Shown here in pieces: positions 1 to 8,545 of a DNA stretch of 54,601 nt. The notes beneath the pieces are model-generated. The model did not search any database, had not been told where the DNA came from, and was given only the letters and a program-made list of their open reading frames with translations. The stretch lies in the NCBI GenBank assembly GCA_017303775.1, contig JAFLCH010000002.1, positions 1 to 54,601 of the forward strand, given 5' to 3'. The first letter of the stretch is position 1. The number at the start of each line of letters is the position of its first letter. The DNA comes from Anaerolineae bacterium (lineage in GTDB: Bacteria > Chloroflexota > Anaerolineae > Aggregatilineales > Phototrophicaceae). The translations under genes and the position numbers were made by a program.

Positions 1-326
1 CGGTGACCAATCTGTACGTCGGGCTGGGGCGCTATCGCCGGGGTGAATGCTTATCGGCAGCGCGCTTCATCCAAGGTTACGCCATTGACCGGTTAATTGA
101 ATTGGCCGCGCATATCGAAGCTGAACAACATGTGCTGCGTGATGTGTTTGCGCCGGAACGTCGTGTGGAAAAACGTTTCCCGAATCTGGCACAGCACTTC
201 GCCGACTTTATGCAGGGTTATGACCGCAGCATCGAATCGGCGCTGGCGATTCTGGCGTTTTTGGAAGCACACTTTGAGGTGAATACGGAGATCGCGCGGC
301 GCATCCGGCAGTTGGCCGGGGAATAA
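1..326 (+). CDS. Hypothetical protein, 5'-truncated (possibly C-terminal helical domain of a LinB/Lnu-like nucleotidyltransferase)
   Basis: ORF open from the window edge to TAA 324-326. The LYVGLGRYRRGE..SA..FIQ and ERRVEKRFP segments resemble that family, from recall only. Confidence 0.5.
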   Translation, partial: VTNLYVGLGRYRRGECLSAARFIQGYAIDRLIELAAHIEAEQHVLRDVFAPERRVEKRFPNLAQHFADFMQGYDRSIESALAILAFLEAHFEVNTEIARRIRQLAGE

Positions 327-378
327 AAAAGGCGAGCATGACGCCCGCCTCGCTGCTTCCTAAAATCTACAAATACTT

Positions 379-690
379 TTATCGTGCGCGCGCCGTCACC
401 GGAACCAATTTGAATGCCATGATGCTAACCAAGCGCCCAACATAAGGATTGCCGATGACCGGCATGGTCATTTGCTCGTCGCCACGCTTCAGTTCAAAGT
501 AATACACACAGGTGCCGCGCGCCCCGATGTGTTCATACTCTTCATATCCGACCACATCCTCGATCTGCCAACCTTCATCCAACGCCGTACACAGGGCATC
601 TCCACCGGTGTAACGTTCTGATTCAGCATGCCAGTGCCGGATCATATCCTGATAAGCATAATGCAGATTACTCAGATAATTTCCTTCCAT
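379..690 (-). CDS. Small hypothetical protein
   Basis: Globular-looking ORF (RHWHAESERYTGGDAL...VYYFELKR...MPVIGNP). ATG at 690 preferred, GTG 708 possible. A minus-strand TATAAT lies at 735-740. Confidence 0.65.
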   Translation of the reverse strand: MEGNYLSNLHYAYQDMIRHWHAESERYTGGDALCTALDEGWQIEDVVGYEEYEHIGARGTCVYYFELKRGDEQMTMPVIGNPYVGRLVSIMAFKLVPVTARAR

Positions 691-886
691 ATTCTTTGCC
701 CTTTGCACTCCTTCTCAACTTGTTTCCGATCTCGATTATATTTGGAAATGATCTCATGGAAGGATTAAATCTTATTATACTTTAATTGAACATCAGATTA
801 ATCCTAACAAACTTTGAAAATGGGGTGTTCGTCAACGCTGACAAAATTCCACTGGACTTGTGGGATAAATGTCACAAGTAGGGCGC

Positions 887-895
887 GTGGTATAA
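887..895 (+). promoter_or_regulatory. Extended -10 promoter element of asnS
   Basis: TGGTATAAT (TGnTATAAT) about 36 nt upstream of the asnS start. Confidence 0.6.
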
Positions 896-931
896 TCGGA
901 CGCCAATGATTAAGCGTTTATACAAGGATTT

Positions 932-2275
932 GTGACGGTGGCAACAGTCATTAGTATCCAGAACATTGCATCGTATGAAGGACAGGAAGTGACGCTGCGT
1001 GGGTGGGTTTACAACCGCACCGATAAGGGCAAGCTGCAATTCATCCAACTGCGCGACGGCACCGGTATCACCCAGTGTGTGGCCTTCAAGAAGGAACTGG
1101 AACCGGAACAGTTCGAAGTGGCGAGCAAACTCACTCAAGAGTCGTCGGTCATCATCACCGGCAGCGTGCGCAAGGATGAGCGCGCACCCGGCATCCCCGG
1201 TGGTTATGAAGTAGGCATCAAGAGCCTGCAATTGGTACAGATGGCGGACGAATATCCCATCAGCCCCAAGGAACACGGCGTCGAATTCTTGATGGATAAT
1301 CGTCACCTGTGGCTGCGTTCATCGCGCCAATGGGCGATCATCCGCATCCGTTCGACCATCATTAGCGCCATGCGTAACTGGTTGGACAACAACGGCTATA
1401 TGCTGGTGGATACGCCGATCATCACCCCCTCAGCCGGCGAAGACTCGACCAGCTTATTCGAGCTGGATTACTTCAGCGAAAAAGCGTTTCTGGCGCAAAC
1501 CGGCCAGCTTTATAACGAAGCCAATATGGCAGCCTTTGGTAAAGTCTACTGCTTCGGGCCGACCTTCCGCGCCGAAAAATCCAAAACTCGCCGGCATCTG
1601 ATGGAATTCTGGATGTTGGAGCCGGAAATGGCCTTCTTCAATCTGGAAGACCTGATGGAGATGGAACAAGACTTCATCAGCCACATCGTGCAAACCGTGC
1701 TGGATAAGCACCAAGCCGAATTGAAAATTCTGGAACGCGACACTTCCAGTCTGGAACGGGTTCTGCCGCCCTTCCCGCGCATCAGTTATGACGAATGCGT
1801 GGAGCGGTTGAACAAGTTGGCCGACGCGACCGAAGACCCGGAACAGAAGCAGCTACTCAAAATCGACTGGGGGACGGACTTCGGCAGCCCGCATGAAACG
1901 GCGATTGCCGAAATGTTCGACAAACCGGTCTTCGTCTACAACTTCCCTTCAGTGTTCAAAGCCTTCTATATGCAGCCGGTGGAAGGCCGTCCGGAAGTTT
2001 GTCGCAGCGTCGATCTGCTCGCGCCGGAAGGCTACGGCGAGATCACCGGTGGCAGCGAACGCATCTACGACTCGGCGCTCATCGAACAGCAGGTGAAGAA
2101 GATGGGCTTAGGGCGGGAAGCCTATGCATGGTATCTGGATTTGCGGCGCTTCGGCAGCGTCCCTCACGCCGGTTTCGGCATTGGCTTGGAGCGCACCGTG
2201 GCATGGATCTGCGGACTGCCGCACATCCGCGAAACGATCCCCTACGCGCGCATGCTCAACCGGAAGTATCCATAA
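932..2275 (+). CDS. asnS: Asparagine--tRNA ligase
   Basis: OB-fold N-terminus ([16 protein letters not shown]), motif 2 [20 protein letters not shown], motif 3 [11 protein letters not shown]. Confidence 0.96.
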   Translation: MTVATVISIQNIASYEGQEVTLRGWVYNRTDKGKLQFIQLRDGTGITQCVAFKKELEPEQFEVASKLTQESSVIITGSVRKDERAPGIPGGYEVGIKSLQLVQMADEYPISPKEHGVEFLMDNRHLWLRSSRQWAIIRIRSTIISAMRNWLDNNGYMLVDTPIITPSAGEDSTSLFELDYFSEKAFLAQTGQLYNEANMAAFGKVYCFGPTFRAEKSKTRRHLMEFWMLEPEMAFFNLEDLMEMEQDFISHIVQTVLDKHQAELKILERDTSSLERVLPPFPRISYDECVERLNKLADATEDPEQKQLLKIDWGTDFGSPHETAIAEMFDKPVFVYNFPSVFKAFYMQPVEGRPEVCRSVDLLAPEGYGEITGGSERIYDSALIEQQVKKMGLGREAYAWYLDLRRFGSVPHAGFGIGLERTVAWICGLPHIRETIPYARMLNRKYP

Positions 2276-2288
2276 GCATTGCTACTCA

Positions 2289-2323
2289 GAGCAGGCAGTT
2301 CTGAAGCACAGAGCTGCCTGCTC
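2289..2323. terminator. Hairpin between convergent asnS and mmuM
   Basis: GAGCAGGCAGTTCTG-AAGCA-CAGAGCTGCCTGCTC inverted repeat. Confidence 0.65.
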
Positions 2324-2335
2324 AGCTTATACACA

Positions 2336-3283
2336 TCAGTTTTTCACACGTCGCAGCCCTGAGGCCAGCTCATGAATATGTTCCGGCGTGGTGCGGCAGC
2401 AGCCGCCAATGACGCGCGCACCGGCCTCGTACCAGCGCAGCGACTCGCCAGCAAAAGCCGCGCAGGTGTCCTCGCCTGTCCATGACTTGGTGTGCGGGTC
2501 ATAGGTTTCGCCAGAGTTGGGATACACCACCACCGGTTTATCGGCAGCAGATCGTATAGCATGGATGAGATCAGGGATATAACGGGGCGCGGTACAGTTC
2601 ACACCAATCGCCGCCACCTGCGGATGTTCTCCCAGCGCAGCAGCACAATCGGCCAACCGTTCGCCGTGATTGGTGTGCAAACCATCACGGGCGCTGAAGC
2701 TGAACCACGCGCTCAGGTTGGGGAACTCCGGCAGCAGCCGCAGCAGCGCCTGTGCTTCGAGCAAGCAGGGAATCGTTTCACAGGCCAGCATATCCGCGCC
2801 GGACTGCGCTAACACCTCCAGACGGGGGCGATGAAACGCCATCAGTTCACCTTCGCTCAGGCCATAATCCCCACGGTACTCCGACCCATCCGCCAGAAAC
2901 GCCCCATACGGGCCGATGGAAGCGGCGACAAATGGCCGCGCCCGCCCTGCTCGATTCGCAGGATCATCCCAAAAGGCATCACGCGCATCCACCGCCAACT
3001 GCACCGAAAGGCGCATCAGATCAGCCGCCTGCGCCGCGCTCAGGCCACGGCGAGCAAATCCGGCGAATGTCGCCTGATAACTGGCAGTGATCGCACAATC
3101 GGCTCCAGCCGCGAAGTAATCCGCATGTACCTGCCGGATGAGATGTGGTTGTTCCATCAGCACCCGCGCTGACCACAACGGGTCACGCAGATCACATCCG
3201 CGCCGTTCCAATTCGGTCGCCAGAGCGCCATCCAGCACCACAACCGGCTGTGTTTGCAAAGCTGCCGCGATTGGATCGAGCAT
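2336..3283 (-). CDS. mmuM: Homocysteine S-methyltransferase
   Basis: LDGALATELE, PLWSA, GPYGAFLADGSEY, Zn ligands GVNC and GGCC. ATG 3283 has an AGGAGG RBS. Confidence 0.93.
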   Translation of the reverse strand: MLDPIAAALQTQPVVVLDGALATELERRGCDLRDPLWSARVLMEQPHLIRQVHADYFAAGADCAITASYQATFAGFARRGLSAAQAADLMRLSVQLAVDARDAFWDDPANRAGRARPFVAASIGPYGAFLADGSEYRGDYGLSEGELMAFHRPRLEVLAQSGADMLACETIPCLLEAQALLRLLPEFPNLSAWFSFSARDGLHTNHGERLADCAAALGEHPQVAAIGVNCTAPRYIPDLIHAIRSAADKPVVVYPNSGETYDPHTKSWTGEDTCAAFAGESLRWYEAGARVIGGCCRTTPEHIHELASGLRRVKN

Positions 3284-3351
3284 CAATACCCCTCCTGTAA
3301 TCATCTCGTAACCAGTGTAGCGGAGACTGGAGCCATGTCACCAGACACGAA

Positions 3352-3384
3352 TTTGCGAATCCTCTATTCCACGATAGAATAGGG
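3352..3384 (+). promoter_or_regulatory. padR-mod promoter with palindromic operator CTATTC-N7-GAATAG
   Basis: TTGCGA (3353-3358) and TAGAAT (3375-3380). The inverted repeat 3364-3382 overlaps the -10. Confidence 0.6.
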
Positions 3385-3389
3385 GTATT

Positions 3390-3932
3390 ATGAGTACACC
3401 AACACCAGATGAAACACTCCTCGGGCTGCTGGCACTGGAGCCACAGCATGGCTATCAACTGCTGGAACATTTCCGCGATTATCAGCGCTTGGGCGCGGTC
3501 TGGGATATGAGCACCAGCCAGATTTACGCCGTTCTGAACCGTTTGGAACGGCTGGGGTACATCGTTGGGCGGCAGGTCGAGGTCGAAAACGCGCCTATCC
3601 GCACCTGTTACGCGCTGACCGCTTCCGGGCAAAACGCGCTGAACAACTGGCTGCACGAGCCACTGCCCTCGCCCAGTATCCGGCGGGTGCGTGTCGAGTT
3701 CATCAGCCGCCTGTACATCGCGCGGCTATTGGGAATTCCCGCAGAGGACATCATCGAACGACAGCGCACGACCTGCGCCCGCCAGCATCATGACCTGCTG
3801 GTACAGCGTGAACAGGGCAGCAGCGAAATCGGTCAACTGACCATCGAACTCATCATCGCTCAACTAGAGGCCATCCTGAGCTGGTTAAATCATATCACCA
3901 GCCGCTTACAATCCTCAACCACGTTCCAGTAA
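3390..3932 (+). CDS. PadR-family transcriptional regulator
   Basis: LLGLL...P.HGYQL, SQIYAVLNRLERLGYI, YALTASG...L..WL winged-helix pattern plus a helical C-terminal domain. Confidence 0.9.
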   Translation: MSTPTPDETLLGLLALEPQHGYQLLEHFRDYQRLGAVWDMSTSQIYAVLNRLERLGYIVGRQVEVENAPIRTCYALTASGQNALNNWLHEPLPSPSIRRVRVEFISRLYIARLLGIPAEDIIERQRTTCARQHHDLLVQREQGSSEIGQLTIELIIAQLEAILSWLNHITSRLQSSTTFQ

Positions 3933-3943
3933 CGGGAGTTCAA

Positions 3944-5212
3944 ATGCGTCATCGACATCGTCTTGTTATCATCGTATTGGTTCTCACCCTGCTGGTCAGC
4001 GCCACCGTCCGCGCACAGGACTCACAAACGCTGACCGTATTCGCCGCCGCATCATTGAATGATGCCTTCGAGGAAATCGCCACCGCCTTTGAGGCGGAAA
4101 ACAGCGGTGTTGATGTGGTCTTCAACTTCGGCGGTTCATCCACACTGGCAGCGCAGCTAGCGGAAGGCGCACCCGCCGACGTATTCGCCAGCGCCAACAA
4201 CCGCCAGATGCAGGCTGCGCAGGATGCAGGGCGCATCAGCAGCCGTCCGCGCACCTTCGTCAAGAACCGTCTCGTCCTCGTCGTGCCGGTGGATAACCCC
4301 GCGCAGATTCTATCGCTGCGTGATCTGGCAGCGCCGGGCATTAAGCTGGTCATCGCAGCGCCGGATGTTCCGGTTCGAGATTACACCAATACCATGCTAG
4401 AACGGCTGGCGGCAGACCCCGGCTACGGTGAAGCCTATCGCGAAGCTTTTATGGCGAACGTCGTCTCGGAAGAAGACAATGTGCGGCAGGTCGCGGCCAA
4501 GGTTGCGCTGGGTGAAGCAGACGCCGGCATCGTCTACCGGTCAGATGTGACGCCGGACATCAGCGATCAGGTCATCAGCATTCCAATCCCCGACCTGCTG
4601 AACACCATCGCCACTTATCCGATTGCCGTCACTGATAATCCGGCTAACGCCGAACTGGCGCAGTCTTTCGTAGACTATGTGTTGAGCGACGCCGGTCAAG
4701 ACACACTCGTCAAATGGAATTTCATCTCGTCGCGCATTCCGGCTCAACCTGCCACGATTACACCGGGTACAAGCGGGCAGCCAACCGTTGATGGGCAGGT
4801 ACTCAATCCGCTAACTCTCAGCCGCGAGATTCTTCAGCGCGACTTCACCTCACAGATCATCGACGTAACCTACCGCAGTGGCGAGGATACCGTCAGCGCC
4901 ACCTTCACCGGTGTGCTGCTGTGGAGCATCATCAGCGCCGCCCAGCCCAACCTGAACGCCGACCAATCCAACGACAAGCTGAGCATGTTCATCGTAGTCA
5001 CCGGCAGCGACGGTTATCAGGTCGTGATCGCGTGGGGAGAGATCGACCCGGAATTCGGCGCACAGCCCATTTTGCTGGCCTACCAACAGGATGGTGAACC
5101 GATTGGCGAAACCGGCACGCTGCGCTTGGTCATCCCCGGTGATAGACGCGGCGGACGTGACGTGAGCGATGTCGTCAACATCAGCCTGCGCGACGCGCCC
5201 CCCGCAGCATAA
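3944..5212 (+). CDS. modA: Molybdate ABC substrate-binding protein fused to a C-terminal molybdopterin oxidoreductase-like domain
   Basis: Signal peptide; LTVFAAASL, FGGSSTLAAQ, ADVFASAN, GEADAGIVY. The C-terminal ~150 aa has FTGVLLWSII, GSDGY, ILLAYQQDG, LRLVIPGD. Confidence 0.88.
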   Translation: MRHRHRLVIIVLVLTLLVSATVRAQDSQTLTVFAAASLNDAFEEIATAFEAENSGVDVVFNFGGSSTLAAQLAEGAPADVFASANNRQMQAAQDAGRISSRPRTFVKNRLVLVVPVDNPAQILSLRDLAAPGIKLVIAAPDVPVRDYTNTMLERLAADPGYGEAYREAFMANVVSEEDNVRQVAAKVALGEADAGIVYRSDVTPDISDQVISIPIPDLLNTIATYPIAVTDNPANAELAQSFVDYVLSDAGQDTLVKWNFISSRIPAQPATITPGTSGQPTVDGQVLNPLTLSREILQRDFTSQIIDVTYRSGEDTVSATFTGVLLWSIISAAQPNLNADQSNDKLSMFIVVTGSDGYQVVIAWGEIDPEFGAQPILLAYQQDGEPIGETGTLRLVIPGDRRGGRDVSDVVNISLRDAPPAA

Positions 5213-5236
5213 GTGTCATCGAACGTGCAGTCCGTG

Positions 5237-5245
5237 TGATATAAT
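5237..5245 (+). promoter_or_regulatory. Extended -10 promoter upstream of the riboswitch
   Basis: TGATATAAT (TGnTATAAT) 20 nt before the aptamer. Confidence 0.7.
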
Positions 5246-5265
5246 GCAGGTGTCAACCGATGCAG

Positions 5266-5359
5266 GTGGCTAGGGTTCCGCTGTACCATATAGGTCTGGT
5301 CCGAGCGCCACATAAAACCGCAGCAGCGGCAGGCATCTCAAGGAACAAAACTCTGGAGG
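5266..5359 (+). ncRNA. ykkC-yxkD class riboswitch aptamer (guanidine-I-like fold, variant 3' end)
   Basis: Hallmark TAGGGTTCCG (5271-5280) and GTCTGGTCCGAG (5294-5305) inside stem GTGGC/GCCAC; inner hairpin CTGTA-CCA-TATAG; P2 CCGC-AGCA-GCGG; P3/tail AGGAACAAAACTCTGGAGG. Confidence 0.82.
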
Positions 5360-5401
5360 AGACAGGTTGGCGATTTTTCGCTTACCTGTCTCCTATTGAT
5401 T
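5357..5401 (+). terminator. Riboswitch expression-platform terminator
   Basis: AGGAGACAGG...GCG-ATTTTT-CGC...CCTGTCTCCT stem whose 5' arm overlaps the aptamer tail; weak U tract ATTGATT. Confidence 0.7.
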
Positions 5402-5415
5402 CCGAGAGGTGTCTC

Positions 5416-6342
5416 ATGTTCTCGTTCGGTTCATCGCATACCCGTGCTGTCTTACAAGCGCTGCTGGTCACATTTTTGTGGTCGACATCATGGGTACTCA
5501 TCAAAGTCGGCCTACAGGGTGATCTCCCTCCCTTGACCTTCGCCGGACTTCGCTACACCATGGCATTCATGATTCTGCTTCCGCTCCTGCTGCGCCGCCC
5601 GGAACAGCTTACCAGCGTGCGCCAGCTCACAGCGCGCGCGTGGCTGGGGCTGATCATCTTGGGCTTCCTGTACTATACGCTCAATCAAGGGGCACAATTC
5701 TTCGGGCTGGCGCTGCTGCCCTCTGCCACCGTCAACCTGCTGTTGAGCTTCTCGGCTGTTGTGGTGACGTTGCTCGGCAGTTGGCTGCTGGCGGAACAGC
5801 CAACTCCTCTGCAATGGTTAGGCGTTGCGCTCTACGTCGGTGGTGTCATGATCTACTTCTATCCGGTCACGCTCCCTACCGAACAAATCACCGGTCTGCT
5901 CATCGTGCTGGTGGGAGTGTTTTCGAACGCGGGAGCCGCGCTGCTAGGCCGGCGGATTAACCGGGAGCAGCACCTGCATCCGCTGGTCGTCACCACCATC
6001 AGCATGGGCATAGGGGCGGTTTTGTTATTGGCTGCGGGTATTCTCACACAAGGGCTGCCGAACCTTACACTGGTACAATGGGGCATCATCGCGTGGCTGG
6101 CGCTGGTCAATACCGCCTTCGCCTTCACGCTCTGGAATCACACCTTGCGCACGCTCTCGGCGATGGAATCGAGCATCATCAACAATGCCATGCTCATCCA
6201 AATCCCGCTGCTCGCATGGCTCTTTCTGGGCGAAACATTCGACTCCAAAGAAATGTTCGCCTTCCTATTGGCCGGCATCGGTATACTGGTGGTACAGCTT
6301 AAACATCTGCCCGCGTCCATCCGCCGCGTCAGACATCGCTGA
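5416..6342 (+). CDS. EamA/DMT-family transporter
   Basis: About 10 hydrophobic segments in two EamA repeats (LWSTSWVLIK, PPLTFAGLR, FTLWNHTL, WLFLGE). ATG 5416 has a GAGAGGT RBS. Confidence 0.9.
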   Translation: MFSFGSSHTRAVLQALLVTFLWSTSWVLIKVGLQGDLPPLTFAGLRYTMAFMILLPLLLRRPEQLTSVRQLTARAWLGLIILGFLYYTLNQGAQFFGLALLPSATVNLLLSFSAVVVTLLGSWLLAEQPTPLQWLGVALYVGGVMIYFYPVTLPTEQITGLLIVLVGVFSNAGAALLGRRINREQHLHPLVVTTISMGIGAVLLLAAGILTQGLPNLTLVQWGIIAWLALVNTAFAFTLWNHTLRTLSAMESSIINNAMLIQIPLLAWLFLGETFDSKEMFAFLLAGIGILVVQLKHLPASIRRVRHR

Positions 6343-6365
6343 TACATAGTCTTAACAGGAGTCCT

Positions 6366-7178
6366 ATGCTTCCCCGAACGCCCATTGATCTCCGGCGGAT
6401 GCCGCTTTACACCCTCGCAGCCATCGCGCTCACCTTCCTGCTGCTGCCGATTCTCGCGCTGGCGCTGCGTGTTATTCAAAATCAAGCATGGGTTGAGGTT
6501 TCCAGCAAGCTGATCTCGGATGCCATCTTCCTCAGCTTCGCCACAACCCTGCTGTCCATACTGCTCACCGTGCTGTTCGGCACACCGCTAGCCTATGTAC
6601 TGGCGCGCTATTCATTCCGCTTCCGTACCATCATCAATGTCATGGTCGAACTGCCGATTGTTCTCCCACCGGCAGTCGCGGGGTTAGCGCTGCTGGTCAC
6701 CTTTGGTCGGCGGGGGTTGCTCGGCCCGCTGCTCGGCAGTTTGAACATTGAATTGGCGTTTACCCTGTGGGCAGTCGTGATGGCGCAGGCCTTCGTCGCC
6801 GCGCCGTTTTACATCCGCTCGGCCATCGTCGGTTTCCAGAGTGTCCCGCGTGAAGTTGAAGAGGCAGCGAGAGTCGATGGCGCGGGCGGGATGCGCTTAT
6901 TCTGGTACATCACCCTCCCGCTTTCCGCGCAGGCGCTCGGTTCCGGTTTGGTGCTCAGTTGGGCGCGGGCGCTGGGCGAATTCGGCGCGACCATCCTATT
7001 CGCGGGCAGCCTTCAAGGGCGCACCCAGACCATGCCGCTCCTCATCTACAATGTCATCGAACGCGACATCAATGCTGCCATCTGGACAGGGCTGCTGCTG
7101 GTCATTCTGGCGCTCATCGCCCTGCTCATCTCACAGGGATTAGCGCGTAAACCACGGTTGCTGAATAACGAACAATAA
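6366..7178 (+). CDS. modB: Molybdate ABC transporter permease
   Basis: ELPIVLPPAVAGLALL, EAA loop (EEAARVDGA), WARALGEFGATILFAG, TQTMPLLIY. Confidence 0.92.
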   Translation: MLPRTPIDLRRMPLYTLAAIALTFLLLPILALALRVIQNQAWVEVSSKLISDAIFLSFATTLLSILLTVLFGTPLAYVLARYSFRFRTIINVMVELPIVLPPAVAGLALLVTFGRRGLLGPLLGSLNIELAFTLWAVVMAQAFVAAPFYIRSAIVGFQSVPREVEEAARVDGAGGMRLFWYITLPLSAQALGSGLVLSWARALGEFGATILFAGSLQGRTQTMPLLIYNVIERDINAAIWTGLLLVILALIALLISQGLARKPRLLNNEQ

Positions 7179-7195
7179 CCTGCCGCAGCACGAAT

Positions 7196-7226
7196 CAAAA
7201 GGGGTGAAGCGCCAACCTCACCCCTG
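7196..7226. terminator. Terminator hairpin between convergent genes
   Basis: AAAAGGGGTGA-N10-TCACCCCT; U tract on the minus strand. Confidence 0.65.
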
Positions 7227-7251
7227 CTTGATACGATGGATTCTCAAACCC

Positions 7252-8361
7252 TTATGCCGAACGGTGCAGCGGCAGTTCAATGGTCACCTGTGTGCCCGCC
7301 CCGCTGCGCGAAACGATATCCAACTTACCATGATGCGCCTCGATCACACGCCGCGCCACATGCAGCCCCAGACCTAAGCCCTGCTGCTCTTTCGTGTCGC
7401 GGTCAATCTGCTCGAATTCTTGCTGCGCGCGTTCTAACTGTTCTTCGGTCATCCCCGGCCCATAATCCGTCACACGGATGAACACCGATTGGTCACGCTG
7501 CCACTGCGACAGGAAAACATCACACCCCGGCGGCGAAAAATCAAGCGCATTCGCGATCACTTCAGCCAATGCATGAGTCAGTGACTGATTATGGCACAGA
7601 ATGACCGCGTCACGATCCCGTTCATCAAGTTGAAGCGTCCCATTCGGGTTACGATGAGCGAAGCGCCGCCCCAGATTGGTCGCCGCCATCAAGATTGACC
7701 ATATCGGTGACTCAAACCCCCAGCTCACGATCGCGTCGTAATTCAGGGTATCCGTATCCAACTGCGTCATAAAAGAAAGTTGCTCAGCCAGATGATAGAT
7801 GCGGAAGCTGCCCGCTTGAAGCGTATCCAGAATCGCACGAATTTCATGCGTTTCCATCGTATCCAACTGCGCGGAAAGCAGGTTTTGCACCATCAGGATG
7901 GATGCCACCGGACTGCGCATTTCATGGGTCACCACCCGTGAAAGCCGTTTCTTAACCGCGTCCAATTCAGTAGTCGCCACCCGTACATGCTCTTTGTGGC
8001 GTTCCAGCCGGGTATTCACCGCCGCGATCAGTTCCGGATAGGTGAACGGTTTTGTGAGGTAATCATCAGCACCCAATTCCATCCCATGCCGCACGAATGA
8101 GCGGTCGGTCATGGCCGTCAGAAAGATGAACGGGATAGATCTGTGTGCGGGGTTCTGCCGCAGTTGCAGCAGCACTTCATATCCGTCCAAAACCGGCATC
8201 GAAATATCAGAAATAATCAGTTCCGGCACGCGTTCACGAGCCAGATTCAACCCTACCTGTCCATCTTCGGCTTGCAAAACATCATAGCCTTCAATCGACA
8301 AGAACTCGGCAATATTTTGCCGTAGGGTTGGCTCGTCTTCCATCACCAGAATAGTCGTCAT
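7252..8361 (-). CDS. Hybrid response regulator receiver / histidine kinase
   Basis: REC (ILVMEDE, ISDISMP, FLTA, YLTKPF), HisKA THEMRSP, HATPase N box IANA, DYGPG, GLGLGL. Confidence 0.9.
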   Translation of the reverse strand: MTTILVMEDEPTLRQNIAEFLSIEGYDVLQAEDGQVGLNLARERVPELIISDISMPVLDGYEVLLQLRQNPAHRSIPFIFLTAMTDRSFVRHGMELGADDYLTKPFTYPELIAAVNTRLERHKEHVRVATTELDAVKKRLSRVVTHEMRSPVASILMVQNLLSAQLDTMETHEIRAILDTLQAGSFRIYHLAEQLSFMTQLDTDTLNYDAIVSWGFESPIWSILMAATNLGRRFAHRNPNGTLQLDERDRDAVILCHNQSLTHALAEVIANALDFSPPGCDVFLSQWQRDQSVFIRVTDYGPGMTEEQLERAQQEFEQIDRDTKEQQGLGLGLHVARRVIEAHHGKLDIVSRSGAGTQVTIELPLHRSA

Positions 8362-8545
8362 AACCCTTCCCTCACCCCACCTCATACACGTACACTCAAG
8401 AGCAATGTGCTAATGAATTCTATAATTTCATTATAAGGGCGAGAGTCGAGCTACCGAGCATTAATGATTAATTTTGCTGTGAGTTCCTATGAATTTTTCC
8501 CGAAAGTACATGGTTCTGAACCGAAAAATTACAATTTTCGCCCAT

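Noticed and set aside
3284-3360. SAM or SAH riboswitch upstream of mmuM
   Set aside because: Only a short CCAGT/ACTGG hairpin; no conserved core recognised.
5260-5415. 52-codon N-terminal extension of the EamA ORF
   Set aside because: It overlaps the riboswitch and terminator; a good RBS precedes ATG 5416.
8505-8517. LexA box AGTACATGGTTCT
   Set aside because: Three-base spacer instead of four, and it lies downstream of sbcD.
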